Shown one piece after another: positions 18,650 through 28,159 of a stretch of 64,000 bases of DNA. Where the stretch lies: the NCBI GenBank assembly GCA_963754925.1, contig CAVWHX010000003.1:640001-704000 (forward strand), given 5' to 3'. Numbering within the stretch: position 1 is the first letter of the stretch; each line of letters opens with the position of its first letter. The notes under the pieces were generated by a model. That model searched no databases and was not told where the DNA came from. It saw only the letters and a list, made by a program, of their open reading frames with translations. The stretch is from an uncultured delta proteobacterium (GTDB taxonomy: Bacteria; Myxococcota; B64-G9). The position numbers and the translations under genes are program-made.

Positions 18650-21415
18650 ATGGCCCTAACGTATGATGAACTGCTCGAACGCACCGAATACCTCGAGAAG
18701 CGCGTACGAGAGCTTGAAGCAAGCAGCAGCGAACTTAAAGGGCTCGAGGATACGCTTCGTCTCAATCTCTACGAACTGATAGATAGTGAAGAGCGCTACC
18801 GGAGACTGGTTGAGATCGCACCCTATGGAATCGTCATCCACGCTGACGGAAAAATTCTTTTCATAAATTCCACTGCTCTAAAAATGGGCGGCTTTGACTC
18901 GCTCGACGAAGTTATCGGCGCTTCTATATTTGATATCGTCCATCCTGATTCGCGCGAGGATATCATCAACCGAATGGCGCACCAGTCTGAAACCGATACG
19001 AGCGAACCATACGCCATCAAGCTGCATAACAAGGATGGCGGCTATCTCTATGCAGAGGCCGTCTCGGTTACCACGCAGTTTGAAGGAAAAAATGCGGCAA
19101 TGGTGTTTTTGCGTGACATCACCGAGCAACGGAAGGCTGAAGAAGCCCTGCGCTTGAGTGAAGAAAAATATCGTATGGTTTTCGAGCATGCACCGGTCGG
19201 CGTAATTCATTTTGACCACCAAGGTGTCGTTACCGCCTGCAACGACAACTTTGTGAATATCATGGGATCACACCGGTCTGAAATCATCGGGATGAACCTG
19301 CTCGATCTTCCCGACCAACAATTCATCTCCGCGATCAGAAACACGATTCATGGAGAACTGGGTTATTACGAGGATGAATATCATTCAATCACCGCATCAA
19401 AAGTCACGCCGCTGAGGGCAGTCTTTGCCCCTATCAAATATGCCGATAGTCATTTTTTAGGGGGGGTCGGCATTATCGAAGACACCACCGAACGAAAAGC
19501 AGTGGTTAAGGCATTGCGTGATAGCGAAGCGCGATTTCGCAATCTCGTTGAGGCGGCGCCGTATGGAATAATCGTCCATGATCTCGACGCCAAGATCCTG
19601 TATATCAATCCGTATGGCATACTATTGGCCACCTACAAGAATCTTGAAGAAGCAATCGGCGAATCGGTTATACGCCGCATTCACCCTGATTCGCGAGCGG
19701 CGGTGATCAAACAGTTTCGAAAGCAGCTGGAAGACCGATTACCAACGCCGACGACTGAGGAAAAACTGATACGAAAAACCGGCGAGGTGCGTTACGGAGA
19801 AGTCACCTCAATGTTATCGCAGTACGAAGGGAAAGAAGCCGGGTATGCATTCTTTCATGACATAACCGACCGAAAGAATGCCGAGGACTTGCTGAAAGAC
19901 GAGCGCCGGCGCCTGACGGTAACCCTTCGCTCGATCGGGGATGGAGTCATTGCCACGGACGCCGAGGGAAACGTCGTTTTGCTCAATCAAGTCGCGGAAC
20001 AGCTCACGGGCTGGACTCAGGAGGAGGCTCTGGGCAACCATGTTGATACCGTGTTTCACATCGTCAACGAATTGTCCCGCAAGCGATGCGAGAGCCCCAT
20101 TGGAAAGGTTTTGCAAACGGGGTCCATCGTCGGGCACGAGGGCGCTCCCCTTCTGATCTCGAAGGACGGCACCGAACGGGTGACTGCTTACACCAGCGCG
20201 CCAATCAAGGACATAGACAACAGAATTATCGGTGTTGTTCTCGCTTTTAGGGACATTACCGAAAAACAGCGCATAGAGGCGGAGCTCCAGAAGTCTCAGC
20301 GGCTCGAATCGGTCGGTATCCTCGCGGGCGGGATTGCGCACGATTTCAATAACATACTCACGGCTATCGTCGGCAGCATCAATATGGCGAAAATGTACGA
20401 GGAACACAACGACATGGTCATCAAGATTCTCAACGAAGCCGAAAAAGCATCCTTTCGAGCTCGCGATCTCACTCAACAACTGTTGACCTTCTCCAAGGGA
20501 GGAATGCCGGTAAAAAAGATCACGGCGATCACCAATGTAATTAAAGACTCGGCGAATTTCGTTCTTCACGGTACGCGGGTACGCTGCGACTTTCATATAC
20601 CCGAGACCCTGTGGGCCGCCGAAGTCGATCCGGGCCAGATCGGCCAAGTAATTCAGAATATCGTCATGAATGCCGAACAGGCCATGCAGGACGGCGGCAT
20701 CATCCATATATATGCCGATAACAGGACAGTGACTGCGGATGAGATTCCGGCCTTGAAGGCCGGCAAGTATATCACGATCTCGATCGTCGACCACGGACGC
20801 GGCATTTCGCCGGATATAATTCCGAAGATTTTCGATCCGTATTTTACCACGAAGTCAAATGGCACCGGGCTGGGACTCACCATCGCCTACTCGATTATCA
20901 AAAAGCACGATGGCGGCATCGACGTTTCATCCAAAGTGAACGAAGGAACAACGATCACGATACATCTTCCCGCGTATGGGGAATACGCCCCTGAAAATGT
21001 CCTCACGGAGGAAGAAGCGTTTGTCGGCAAGGGTAAGATTCTTATTATGGACGACGAAGAGCTCATACGTAACGTCGTCCAAGAACTCCTCGGCAGGCTC
21101 GGCTATGAGGTTCAAACCGCTAATGACGGCACCGCGGCGATAGAGATTTACAAAAATGCGTTGCAAACGGACAACCCGTTTGACTTAGCCATACTCGACC
21201 TCACGGTCCCCGGCGGCATTGGAGGAAAAGAGTGCATTGAAACTCTGAAAAAGATACACCCCGGCGTCAAGGCGATTGTTTCGAGCGGCTACTCCAATAA
21301 TCCAATCATGTCCGAATATCGCCGCTATGGCTTCAGCGGAGTCATTGTAAAGCCATACCGGTTGTCCGATCTGATAGAAGTGTTACAAAAAAACCTTACG
21401 AACGGGAAACCATAG
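18650..21415 (+). CDS. Multi-PAS hybrid sensor histidine kinase / receiver
   Basis: Four PAS/PAC units, AGGIAHDFNNIL H-box, DHGRGI, GTGLGL, C-terminal receiver (ILIMDDE, ILDLT, KPY). Confidence 0.92.
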   Translation: MALTYDELLERTEYLEKRVRELEASSSELKGLEDTLRLNLYELIDSEERYRRLVEIAPYGIVIHADGKILFINSTALKMGGFDSLDEVIGASIFDIVHPDSREDIINRMAHQSETDTSEPYAIKLHNKDGGYLYAEAVSVTTQFEGKNAAMVFLRDITEQRKAEEALRLSEEKYRMVFEHAPVGVIHFDHQGVVTACNDNFVNIMGSHRSEIIGMNLLDLPDQQFISAIRNTIHGELGYYEDEYHSITASKVTPLRAVFAPIKYADSHFLGGVGIIEDTTERKAVVKALRDSEARFRNLVEAAPYGIIVHDLDAKILYINPYGILLATYKNLEEAIGESVIRRIHPDSRAAVIKQFRKQLEDRLPTPTTEEKLIRKTGEVRYGEVTSMLSQYEGKEAGYAFFHDITDRKNAEDLLKDERRRLTVTLRSIGDGVIATDAEGNVVLLNQVAEQLTGWTQEEALGNHVDTVFHIVNELSRKRCESPIGKVLQTGSIVGHEGAPLLISKDGTERVTAYTSAPIKDIDNRIIGVVLAFRDITEKQRIEAELQKSQRLESVGILAGGIAHDFNNILTAIVGSINMAKMYEEHNDMVIKILNEAEKASFRARDLTQQLLTFSKGGMPVKKITAITNVIKDSANFVLHGTRVRCDFHIPETLWAAEVDPGQIGQVIQNIVMNAEQAMQDGGIIHIYADNRTVTADEIPALKAGKYITISIVDHGRGISPDIIPKIFDPYFTTKSNGTGLGLTIAYSIIKKHDGGIDVSSKVNEGTTITIHLPAYGEYAPENVLTEEEAFVGKGKILIMDDEELIRNVVQELLGRLGYEVQTANDGTAAIEIYKNALQTDNPFDLAILDLTVPGGIGGKECIETLKKIHPGVKAIVSSGYSNNPIMSEYRRYGFSGVIVKPYRLSDLIEVLQKNLTNGKP

Positions 21416-21469
21416 ATCTTCACGCGTCCTTTCTATTCCTTCTGGTGAACAACCGCTCTTGATGTGCTC

Positions 21470-22487
21470 TTAAGCCTCCTCACCGATACTCACCATCGGC
21501 ATGTGATCACGGGTAGCGACCTCGATTTTGCCGAGCAGATCGCCGTTGGCGACCAGCATCTCCCGGACGGCCTCGCGTCCTTGGCCCAACCTCTCGCCTT
21601 GGTATGAAAACCAGGTTCCGCTCTTCTCGATGACACCGGCCTGCACTCCCAGGTTGAGCACCTCGCCAACCCGACAAATGCCGCTGCCATATAAAATATC
21701 AAACTCGACCGATCGAAACGGCGGGGCTAACTTATTTTTTACCACTTTAAACGCGGGTGCGGTTGCCAACCACCTCTTCGCCGTGCTTGATCTGCCCAAT
21801 TCTTCGGATATCCAACCGAATCGACGAGTAGAATTTAAGGGCATTGCCGCCGGTCGTGGTCTCTGGGTTGCCGAACATCACGCCGATTTTTTGCCGGATC
21901 TGGTTGATGAAGAGCACCGTTGCCTGTTGCTTGCTGACTTGCGCGGTGAGTTTGCGCAGCGCTTGGCTCATCAACCGAGCCTGCAAACCCATATGGGCAT
22001 CGCCCATCTCGCCTTCGATCTCGGCGCGCGGCACCAACGCCGCCACTGAGTCGATAACCAGCATGTCCACGCCGCCGCTGCGAACCAAGGTCTCAACAAT
22101 CTCAAGCGCTTGTTCGCCGGTATCGGGTTGGCTGACCAGCAGCTCATCGACCGCAACCCCTAACCGGGCGGCATACCGTATATCCAGTGCGTGCTCGGCA
22201 TCGATAAAGGCGGCCACGCCCCCGGCCTTCTGGGCCTCGGCAATGGCGTGAAGCGCAAGCGTGGTCTTTCCCGACGATTCGGGCCCAAAGATCTCAACGA
22301 CCCGGCCGCGGGGGAATCCTCCGATCCCCACGGCCTGATCGAGCCCAAACGAGCCGGTCGGGATAACCGGCAAGGCTTCAAATCCTTGCTGATCGCCGAG
22401 GCACATGATTGCACCTTTGCCAAACTGTTTCTCGATGGTGGCGATGGCTGCCGCCACGGCCTTGAGCTTTTCCTTGATTTCGCCCAT
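21470..22487 (-). CDS. recA: RecA, frameshifted near 21750
   Basis: [34 protein letters not shown] gtt-taa continues as [11 protein letters not shown] if one T is removed. Confidence 0.9.
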
Positions 22488-22522
22488 GTGTTGCTCCTGT
22501 GTAATAACTTGTCTTCCAGCTT

Positions 22523-22551
22523 GTAGGGGCGGGTTTGAAACCCGCCCCTAC
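22523..22551. repeat. GTAG-type REP palindrome
   Basis: GTAGGGGCGGGTTT-G-AAACCCGCCCCTAC perfect inverted repeat. Confidence 0.75.
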
Positions 22552-22560
22552 CGTCTTCCC

Positions 22561-24132
22561 TCACCCCTCTCGCGCCCCGCGCTGTTTTACCGGTTGCGAG
22601 GCCAGCAGGGGCCGATCGAGACTTCGGTATTGAATCGCTTCCGCTAGGTGCTGCGTCTGGATCTCCTCGGAGTGTCCTAAATCAGCGATAGTCCGCGCCA
22701 CCTTGAGAATGCGAACAAAAGCCCGCGCCGAGAACCCCAAGCGCTTGACCGCATTCTCGAGAATAGTTTGCTCGGAGATTCGCAGCCGGCAGGTTCGCTG
22801 CGCCACGGCCGTCGGCATTTGGGCATTGCAGCGCACCCCCGGCAGCTTGCAAAAACGCTCTAATTGGATGTCGCGCGCCTGTATCACCCGGGCTCGGATG
22901 GCGGCGGAAGATTCAGAAACCGCGGCCGTCATCAGATCGCGACAGGGTACCCCCGGCACGTCAACTTGAATATCAATCCGATCGAGCAGCGGCCCCGAGA
23001 TCTGGTTGCGGTAATGGTGAACGGCCGTCGGCGTGCACCAACACTGGCGTGTCGGATCGGTTAGGTAACCGCATGGACAGGGATTCATTGCCGCCACCAG
23101 CATCAATTTGGCGGGAAACGATACCGTCATCCGGGCTCGGGCAATGGTGACGACATGATCCTCCAATGGTTGGCGCAGCACCTCCAGGACGTTGCGGCGG
23201 AACTCAGGCAACTCGTCCAGAAACAGCACCCCGTTGTGCGCCAGCGAGACTTCGCCCGGCCGCGGAATCGTTCCCCCGCCGACGAGGCCGGCGTCCGAGA
23301 CGGTATGGTGCGGCGCGCGAAAGGGCCGCGCACCGATAAGGGCTGTGCCGTTACGCACCAGCCCAAGAATCGAATAGACTTTCGTCGTCTCGATCGCTTC
23401 TTCGAACTGCAAGGGCGGCAAGATGGTGGGCAACCGCCGGGCCAGCATGGTCTTGCCCGAGCCCGGCGGCCCGACCATCAACAAATTATGCCCGCCGGCT
23501 GCCGCTACTTCGAGGGCTCTTTTAACGTGCTGCTGGCCGCGCACCTCCGAAAAATCGACACTATAGGTTGATGCTTTCGCCAGCGCGTCGGCCGGATCGA
23601 CCTGCACCGGCTTCAAGCTGATCCGTCCGGTGAAGTATTCGATTACCTCTCGAAAGTTTGTTACCGGCAACACGGTTAGACTACTCACGACCGCTGCCTC
23701 CAAGGCGCAGCCGGCCGGGCATACCATATGCGTCAGCCCTTCTTTTTTGGCCATCACCGCCATGGACAGGGCGCCGGGGACCGACCGCACCTCGCCGTCC
23801 AACCCCAGCTCGCCAACCACCACGGTCGTGGAGACGACCTCGGGCAGCAACGACTCTGCGGTCGAGATCAGTCCCAACGCTATGGGAAGGTCGAAGGCGG
23901 TTCCGGTCTTGCGCAAATCGGCCGGCGCCAGGTTGACGGTTATGCGCCGCTGGGGAAACTCCATGCCGGAGTTCTTGAGCGCCGACTCCACGCGCACCCG
24001 GCTTTCCTTCACCGCGCCCTCGGCCAAACCGACAATAAAGAAGTTTGGCAAGCCCTTGGCCAAATCAACCTCAACATCAACCCGAATGGCGTCCACCCCA
24101 ACCACGGTGGCGGAAAACACGCGCGCGATCAT
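22561..24132 (-). CDS. comM: YifB/ComM family AAA+ ATPase
   Basis: ITVNLAPADLRK, GPPGSGKT, FRAPHH, GEVSLAHNGVLFLDE, AMNPCPCG, GPLLDRID. Confidence 0.9.
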   Translation of the reverse strand: MIARVFSATVVGVDAIRVDVEVDLAKGLPNFFIVGLAEGAVKESRVRVESALKNSGMEFPQRRITVNLAPADLRKTGTAFDLPIALGLISTAESLLPEVVSTTVVVGELGLDGEVRSVPGALSMAVMAKKEGLTHMVCPAGCALEAAVVSSLTVLPVTNFREVIEYFTGRISLKPVQVDPADALAKASTYSVDFSEVRGQQHVKRALEVAAAGGHNLLMVGPPGSGKTMLARRLPTILPPLQFEEAIETTKVYSILGLVRNGTALIGARPFRAPHHTVSDAGLVGGGTIPRPGEVSLAHNGVLFLDELPEFRRNVLEVLRQPLEDHVVTIARARMTVSFPAKLMLVAAMNPCPCGYLTDPTRQCWCTPTAVHHYRNQISGPLLDRIDIQVDVPGVPCRDLMTAAVSESSAAIRARVIQARDIQLERFCKLPGVRCNAQMPTAVAQRTCRLRISEQTILENAVKRLGFSARAFVRILKVARTIADLGHSEEIQTQHLAEAIQYRSLDRPLLASQPVKQRGAREG

Positions 24133-24160
24133 TCACGCTCCCTTCAGCCGCACCTTCTAA

Positions 24161-24176
24161 AGCAAAGACCGTACCA
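24161..24176 (-). promoter_or_regulatory. Sigma-54 promoter upstream of comM-recA
   Basis: Minus strand TGGTAC-GGTCT-TTGCT (GG-N10-GC) about 30 bp before the ATG. Confidence 0.6.
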
Positions 24177-24274
24177 GTACCGTGAATGATCACTGAGTGG
24201 TGGTTGTTCAATTAGTTACAACATGGAGACCCAGACTGGATTTACCTGAGGTGTCCGAAAACCGGACACACTCG

Positions 24275-24362
24275 GTCCAGACCGGATACATAGGTAACAG
24301 AATAGACCGGGAACATAGGTAACACTTATAGGGCTGGTTAAGGAGGCTCCACAATTATGCCG
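24275..24362 (+). mobile_element. IS481-like left-end remnant
   Basis: Two copies of AGACCGG-nn-ACATAGGTAACA at 25-bp period, then AGGAGG and ATG CCG with no transposase following. Confidence 0.55.
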
Positions 24363-24528
24363 ACGGGGACATCTAGACAATAATAAAACTATTTTTATAT
24401 TTCCGTCAGTTGTCGGTTGGGTCCGCCTGAATTCGATGGAAAATGGAGAAAATCGACATAAAAGGTTTGAAGCGAGCATATGCTGGATGAATCCACGCGT
24501 TGGTTTGGGCGTGGGGTCGGGATGCCCA

Positions 24529-25320
24529 TCAATTGTTCTTGCGAAATTGGGCGATCTGCCGGGAAATGGCGATGAGATTGCCTGCTTCGTCCCACATTTC
24601 TCCATCAGACTCCAGCAGGCCGCAGGTAATAAACCGGGTCCTGAATTGGCCCTTGAGCCATCTCGTTTGAGGAATCTTTCTCACATTCACCGTAAGCTCT
24701 ATCGTCGGCACCCAGCCCATCATCCCCTGGCTGGTAAAAACGGGAGGTGGAAACGCATCCATAAACATCAAAACTGACAACAAGTCGAAAGGACGTTCGT
24801 CTCTAAAGGTAATCCAGCCCTTCATTTCGGATCGGTCTGTAAGTTTGCCCAACATCCATCCGGCGCACGCGGGGTCAAGACGTATGTCCACCTGATTGAG
24901 GATGGTCAAGGCGGGAAATTCGGGAGCGGCTACACATTCTTCCAACGGGGATATCGGCGGTATGGATGATTCATACCTTTCTATGAAGCAGTCGATTTTT
25001 TCGTCCGCAAAGGTGCCGAGCGATCGCACCCTTTCTTTACCCTCTTGGTTCAGCTTGGCCTGGAAACGATTGAATTGCGTCGAACGCGAAAACTCCTCCA
25101 CGGAAAGATCCGCCGCCCCGGGGGTACACCGCGAAAAATAATTAGTCGTTACTATGGGCGTTGATCTCTTATCGCTATGCTGAAGCATGGCGTTAGCCAG
25201 TATGGCCAGGATGTATCCCCCGTTGGGAATGCCGTTTATCGACCAGTTATCGGTAATGTTCCCGGTAAAGCGGGTCCGTTCCCGCTCAGTCAAAGAGATG
25301 TCTCTGTCAAATAGGTGCAT
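24529..25320 (-). CDS. TesB-like (double hot-dog) thioesterase family protein
   Basis: NWSINGIPNGGY, MDAFPP, WVPTIELTV, AISRQIA. Confidence 0.85.
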   Translation of the reverse strand: MHLFDRDISLTERERTRFTGNITDNWSINGIPNGGYILAILANAMLQHSDKRSTPIVTTNYFSRCTPGAADLSVEEFSRSTQFNRFQAKLNQEGKERVRSLGTFADEKIDCFIERYESSIPPISPLEECVAAPEFPALTILNQVDIRLDPACAGWMLGKLTDRSEMKGWITFRDERPFDLLSVLMFMDAFPPPVFTSQGMMGWVPTIELTVNVRKIPQTRWLKGQFRTRFITCGLLESDGEMWDEAGNLIAISRQIAQFRKNN

Positions 25321-25583
25321 AATGAATTCCTCTCATCATCGGCTTACGTTCGTTCCCGCGTTAGTTGAAAACTAAGTTCGAATCATCGCCATGTCAACGA
25401 TTGGGTCAGACTACCAGTTCAAACAAGAAATAATAATGAGGGACAGGTCTAGACAATAACGAAGCGGTTTTTATATTTCCATTAGTTGTTGTTTCTGACG
25501 GTTCTATTGGTTGAGGACTCGTTCCCGGAGCTTCTTGAAAGCATAGGGTTTTAAGCAATTCGGAAGCCGGTAGAGCAGCTCAT

Positions 25584-26069
25584 ATGACACGACCTCCTGA
25601 AGTTAGTTGGCCAGATCGCTACCACCCACGCAATTGCCCTATTCATGTTCGAAACGAATTGGATATGAATGCCGCCCCAGAAAAAGTGTGGGCATGGTTG
25701 ATTCGCGCCACACTCTGGCCCACCTGGTACGTAAATTCCGCGAATATCAAAATCCTCGACGGGACCGGATCAAATCTCCAGAAGGGCACTCGATTCCGTT
25801 GGAAGACATTCGGCGTGACGCTCATCTCTACGGTGCATGAGTATGTTCCTGTTGAGCGTATCGCGTGGGACGCTCATGCTTTTGGCGTCGACGCTTACCA
25901 TGCGTGGGTTTTGAGACCATCCGCCCGTGGATGCCATGTGCTGACCGAAGAGACACAGCACGGTTGGCTTGCAAGACTTGGCAAGCTGTTCATGCCCAAT
26001 CGGATGTATACGTATCATCAGTTGTGGCTTGAGGGCCTCGCGGCTAAAGCTCGCGACGGGTTACCCTAA
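25584..26069 (+). CDS. SRPBCC / polyketide-cyclase-like protein
   Basis: AAPEKVWAWL..WPTW, GTRFRWKTFG, AYHAW, TEETQ. Confidence 0.8.
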   Translation: MTRPPEVSWPDRYHPRNCPIHVRNELDMNAAPEKVWAWLIRATLWPTWYVNSANIKILDGTGSNLQKGTRFRWKTFGVTLISTVHEYVPVERIAWDAHAFGVDAYHAWVLRPSARGCHVLTEETQHGWLARLGKLFMPNRMYTYHQLWLEGLAAKARDGLP

Positions 26070-26105
26070 GCCGCGTTACCAGATGCTCCCGCGGATGATA
26101 TTTCA

Positions 26106-26900
26106 CTAGTTCAATTCATTGCGAATGATTTGGTAAAACGTATCTCGCGCTTCGCATTCATTCCAAGGCTTGTGGCCGCAATTGTTGAGCAGAACGAATC
26201 GAAAATTTTTAATAGTCGCTGACAGCGGCTTTTGCACTCCTTCGGCGGGATGGGGATCGTAATCCCCATGGAGCGCAACGACCGGGCAGCGTATCTGGCG
26301 TCCTAGTTCTAACAGCTCTCCGCTTTTTCGAAGTAGAGCGGCATCCTTCCACACGCCCTGATACATATTCACGTTGTAGTCAATTGGTTCGGATTCGCGT
26401 GTTATCGGATCGTACGCATCAGCTTTTGAAAGCAATTCCCCAAGCCGCGCAAACGCGGCGTTCCTGTTTTCAGCCGCCGGGTAATTGATGACTTCAACAA
26501 TGGAATTAATTTCGGTTTTATCGCCATCGCTGAGGCGACTTAAGCGAATTTCGGAAATTTGTGCCGCATATGCTTCTTCGAAGCAGGCGCTGCCGACGAG
26601 TACGAGCTTTTTTATCAGGTCGGGATACTTGGCGGTGACCAAGTAACTGAGCCACGCTCCCCAGGAAAAACCGATCAGAATAACGGGAAGGGCCGCGTTG
26701 TTTTCTAAAACAGTTTTTAGCTCTTCAATTTGTCCCGCGAGCGTTACCGCAGTTTGCAGCGGTTCCAAAACACCGACATCAGCGGAGAGTTCGAGTGCCA
26801 CCGGCGCCATCTCCCCGGCGGCGCCCGGACCGCCGTGAATCACCGCCACCCGAAACGGCGCCTTTCCATAGGTTCTAAGATTTTTCAAACACACCCCCAC
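26106..26900 (-). CDS. Alpha/beta hydrolase
   Basis: HGGPG, GFSWG, HGDYD, CGHKPW. Confidence 0.85.
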   Translation of the reverse strand: MGVCLKNLRTYGKAPFRVAVIHGGPGAAGEMAPVALELSADVGVLEPLQTAVTLAGQIEELKTVLENNAALPVILIGFSWGAWLSYLVTAKYPDLIKKLVLVGSACFEEAYAAQISEIRLSRLSDGDKTEINSIVEVINYPAAENRNAAFARLGELLSKADAYDPITRESEPIDYNVNMYQGVWKDAALLRKSGELLELGRQIRCPVVALHGDYDPHPAEGVQKPLSATIKNFRFVLLNNCGHKPWNECEARDTFYQIIRNELN

Positions 26901-27015
26901 CTCGAACCCGTCGACTCATAACCATCCGACAACGCTCTTATAGCGCCAGTACTGCGAGAGGTCAAATCGAGCCACCGTTGACACCATTTTGCCGACTCTG
27001 GTAAATTCTCCGGTT

Positions 27016-28089
27016 ATGCATGAAGCCGCCAAGCCGACCTTCAACATTCCGACGCCACAAGCGATATATAAAGAGCTTGACCGCTACGTCATCGGCCAAT
27101 CCGATGCCAAAAAAGTCGTCGCTATCGCGGCCTACAATCATTACAAACGCATTTCTCGCCGCGCGATGCATTCCCAGAGCCTGCTCAAGAAATCAAACAT
27201 TTTGATGATCGGCCCGACCGGCTGCGGCAAAACCCACATCGCCCGCCAACTGGCGCGCATCCTCGACGTGCCCTTCACGGTCTGCGACGCAACCGAGTAC
27301 ACCGAAGCGGGATACTACGGCAAGGACGTCGAGGTCATGATTGCCGAGCTCCTCTTTAAGATGGATCAGGATATTTCAAGCACCCAACGCGGTATTGTTT
27401 TCGTCGACGAGATCGACAAGATCGCACGGCGCTCCCACGGCGCGCGGACCGGGGCGGGCAGCCGGGACATCGGCGGCGAAGGGGTTCAGCAGGCGTTGCT
27501 GAAGCTCCTCGAGGGACAGGAGATTTTTGTTCCGCTCAATGTCACCCAACACTGGAATAAACACGACTTCGTGCAGGTCGATACCAGCGATATTTTATTC
27601 ATCTGCGCCGGAACGTTTTCTGATCTGCCGGGAATGGAACCGGACAACGAAATAGGATTTGGGGCCACGCGTGGACGGCGGCGCCCGCGGAGATTGCGCG
27701 TAACACAAAAAATGCTGGTCGAATACGGATTGATTCCGGAGTTTCTCGGCCGTTTGCCGGTAACGGTGCAACTGCAGGCGCTCAATGAAGACGACCTGGT
27801 GCGCATTTTAGCCGAGCCGCCCGACTCCATTCTGCGCGAGTATACCGAGCTCCTGGCGCTTGACGATATTAACCTTGAGCTTTCAGAGCAGGCGCAGCGA
27901 GAGGTGGTGCGCTACGCAATCGATAAACGCATTGGAGCCCGTGGGCTGCGCAGCATTTTCGAGGAAGTCCTGCGCGACGTCATGTTCACCGCGCCTATGC
28001 TGGCCGGTCAGACGCTACCGATAGACGAACAGTTCATCCGTCAACGATTATCCGCGCTCGATCAAGAGCTCGAACCTACGAATTCTTGA
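27016..28089 (+). CDS. clpX: ClpX-like AAA+ ATPase lacking the N-terminal zinc-binding domain
   Basis: YVIGQ, KSNILMIGPTGCGKT, TEAGYYG, DEIDK, GEGVQQALLK, IGF loop, GARGLR; no CxxC domain. Confidence 0.8.
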   Translation: MHEAAKPTFNIPTPQAIYKELDRYVIGQSDAKKVVAIAAYNHYKRISRRAMHSQSLLKKSNILMIGPTGCGKTHIARQLARILDVPFTVCDATEYTEAGYYGKDVEVMIAELLFKMDQDISSTQRGIVFVDEIDKIARRSHGARTGAGSRDIGGEGVQQALLKLLEGQEIFVPLNVTQHWNKHDFVQVDTSDILFICAGTFSDLPGMEPDNEIGFGATRGRRRPRRLRVTQKMLVEYGLIPEFLGRLPVTVQLQALNEDDLVRILAEPPDSILREYTELLALDDINLELSEQAQREVVRYAIDKRIGARGLRSIFEEVLRDVMFTAPMLAGQTLPIDEQFIRQRLSALDQELEPTNS

Positions 28090-28159
28090 CCAACGAAGCC
28101 TATAATTAGATAATTTTCTAAAGTTCTCAAAGATGTTCCATCTCTGAGGAAGGTGACCA

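Noticed and set aside
19814..20794. Long antisense ORFs (also 52846-53730, 59924-60709 and many shorter ones)
   Set aside because: Shadows of well-supported genes on the opposite strand.
21740..21760. Programmed frameshift in recA
   Set aside because: No slippery heptamer with a stimulatory structure; one of many similar indels in the window.
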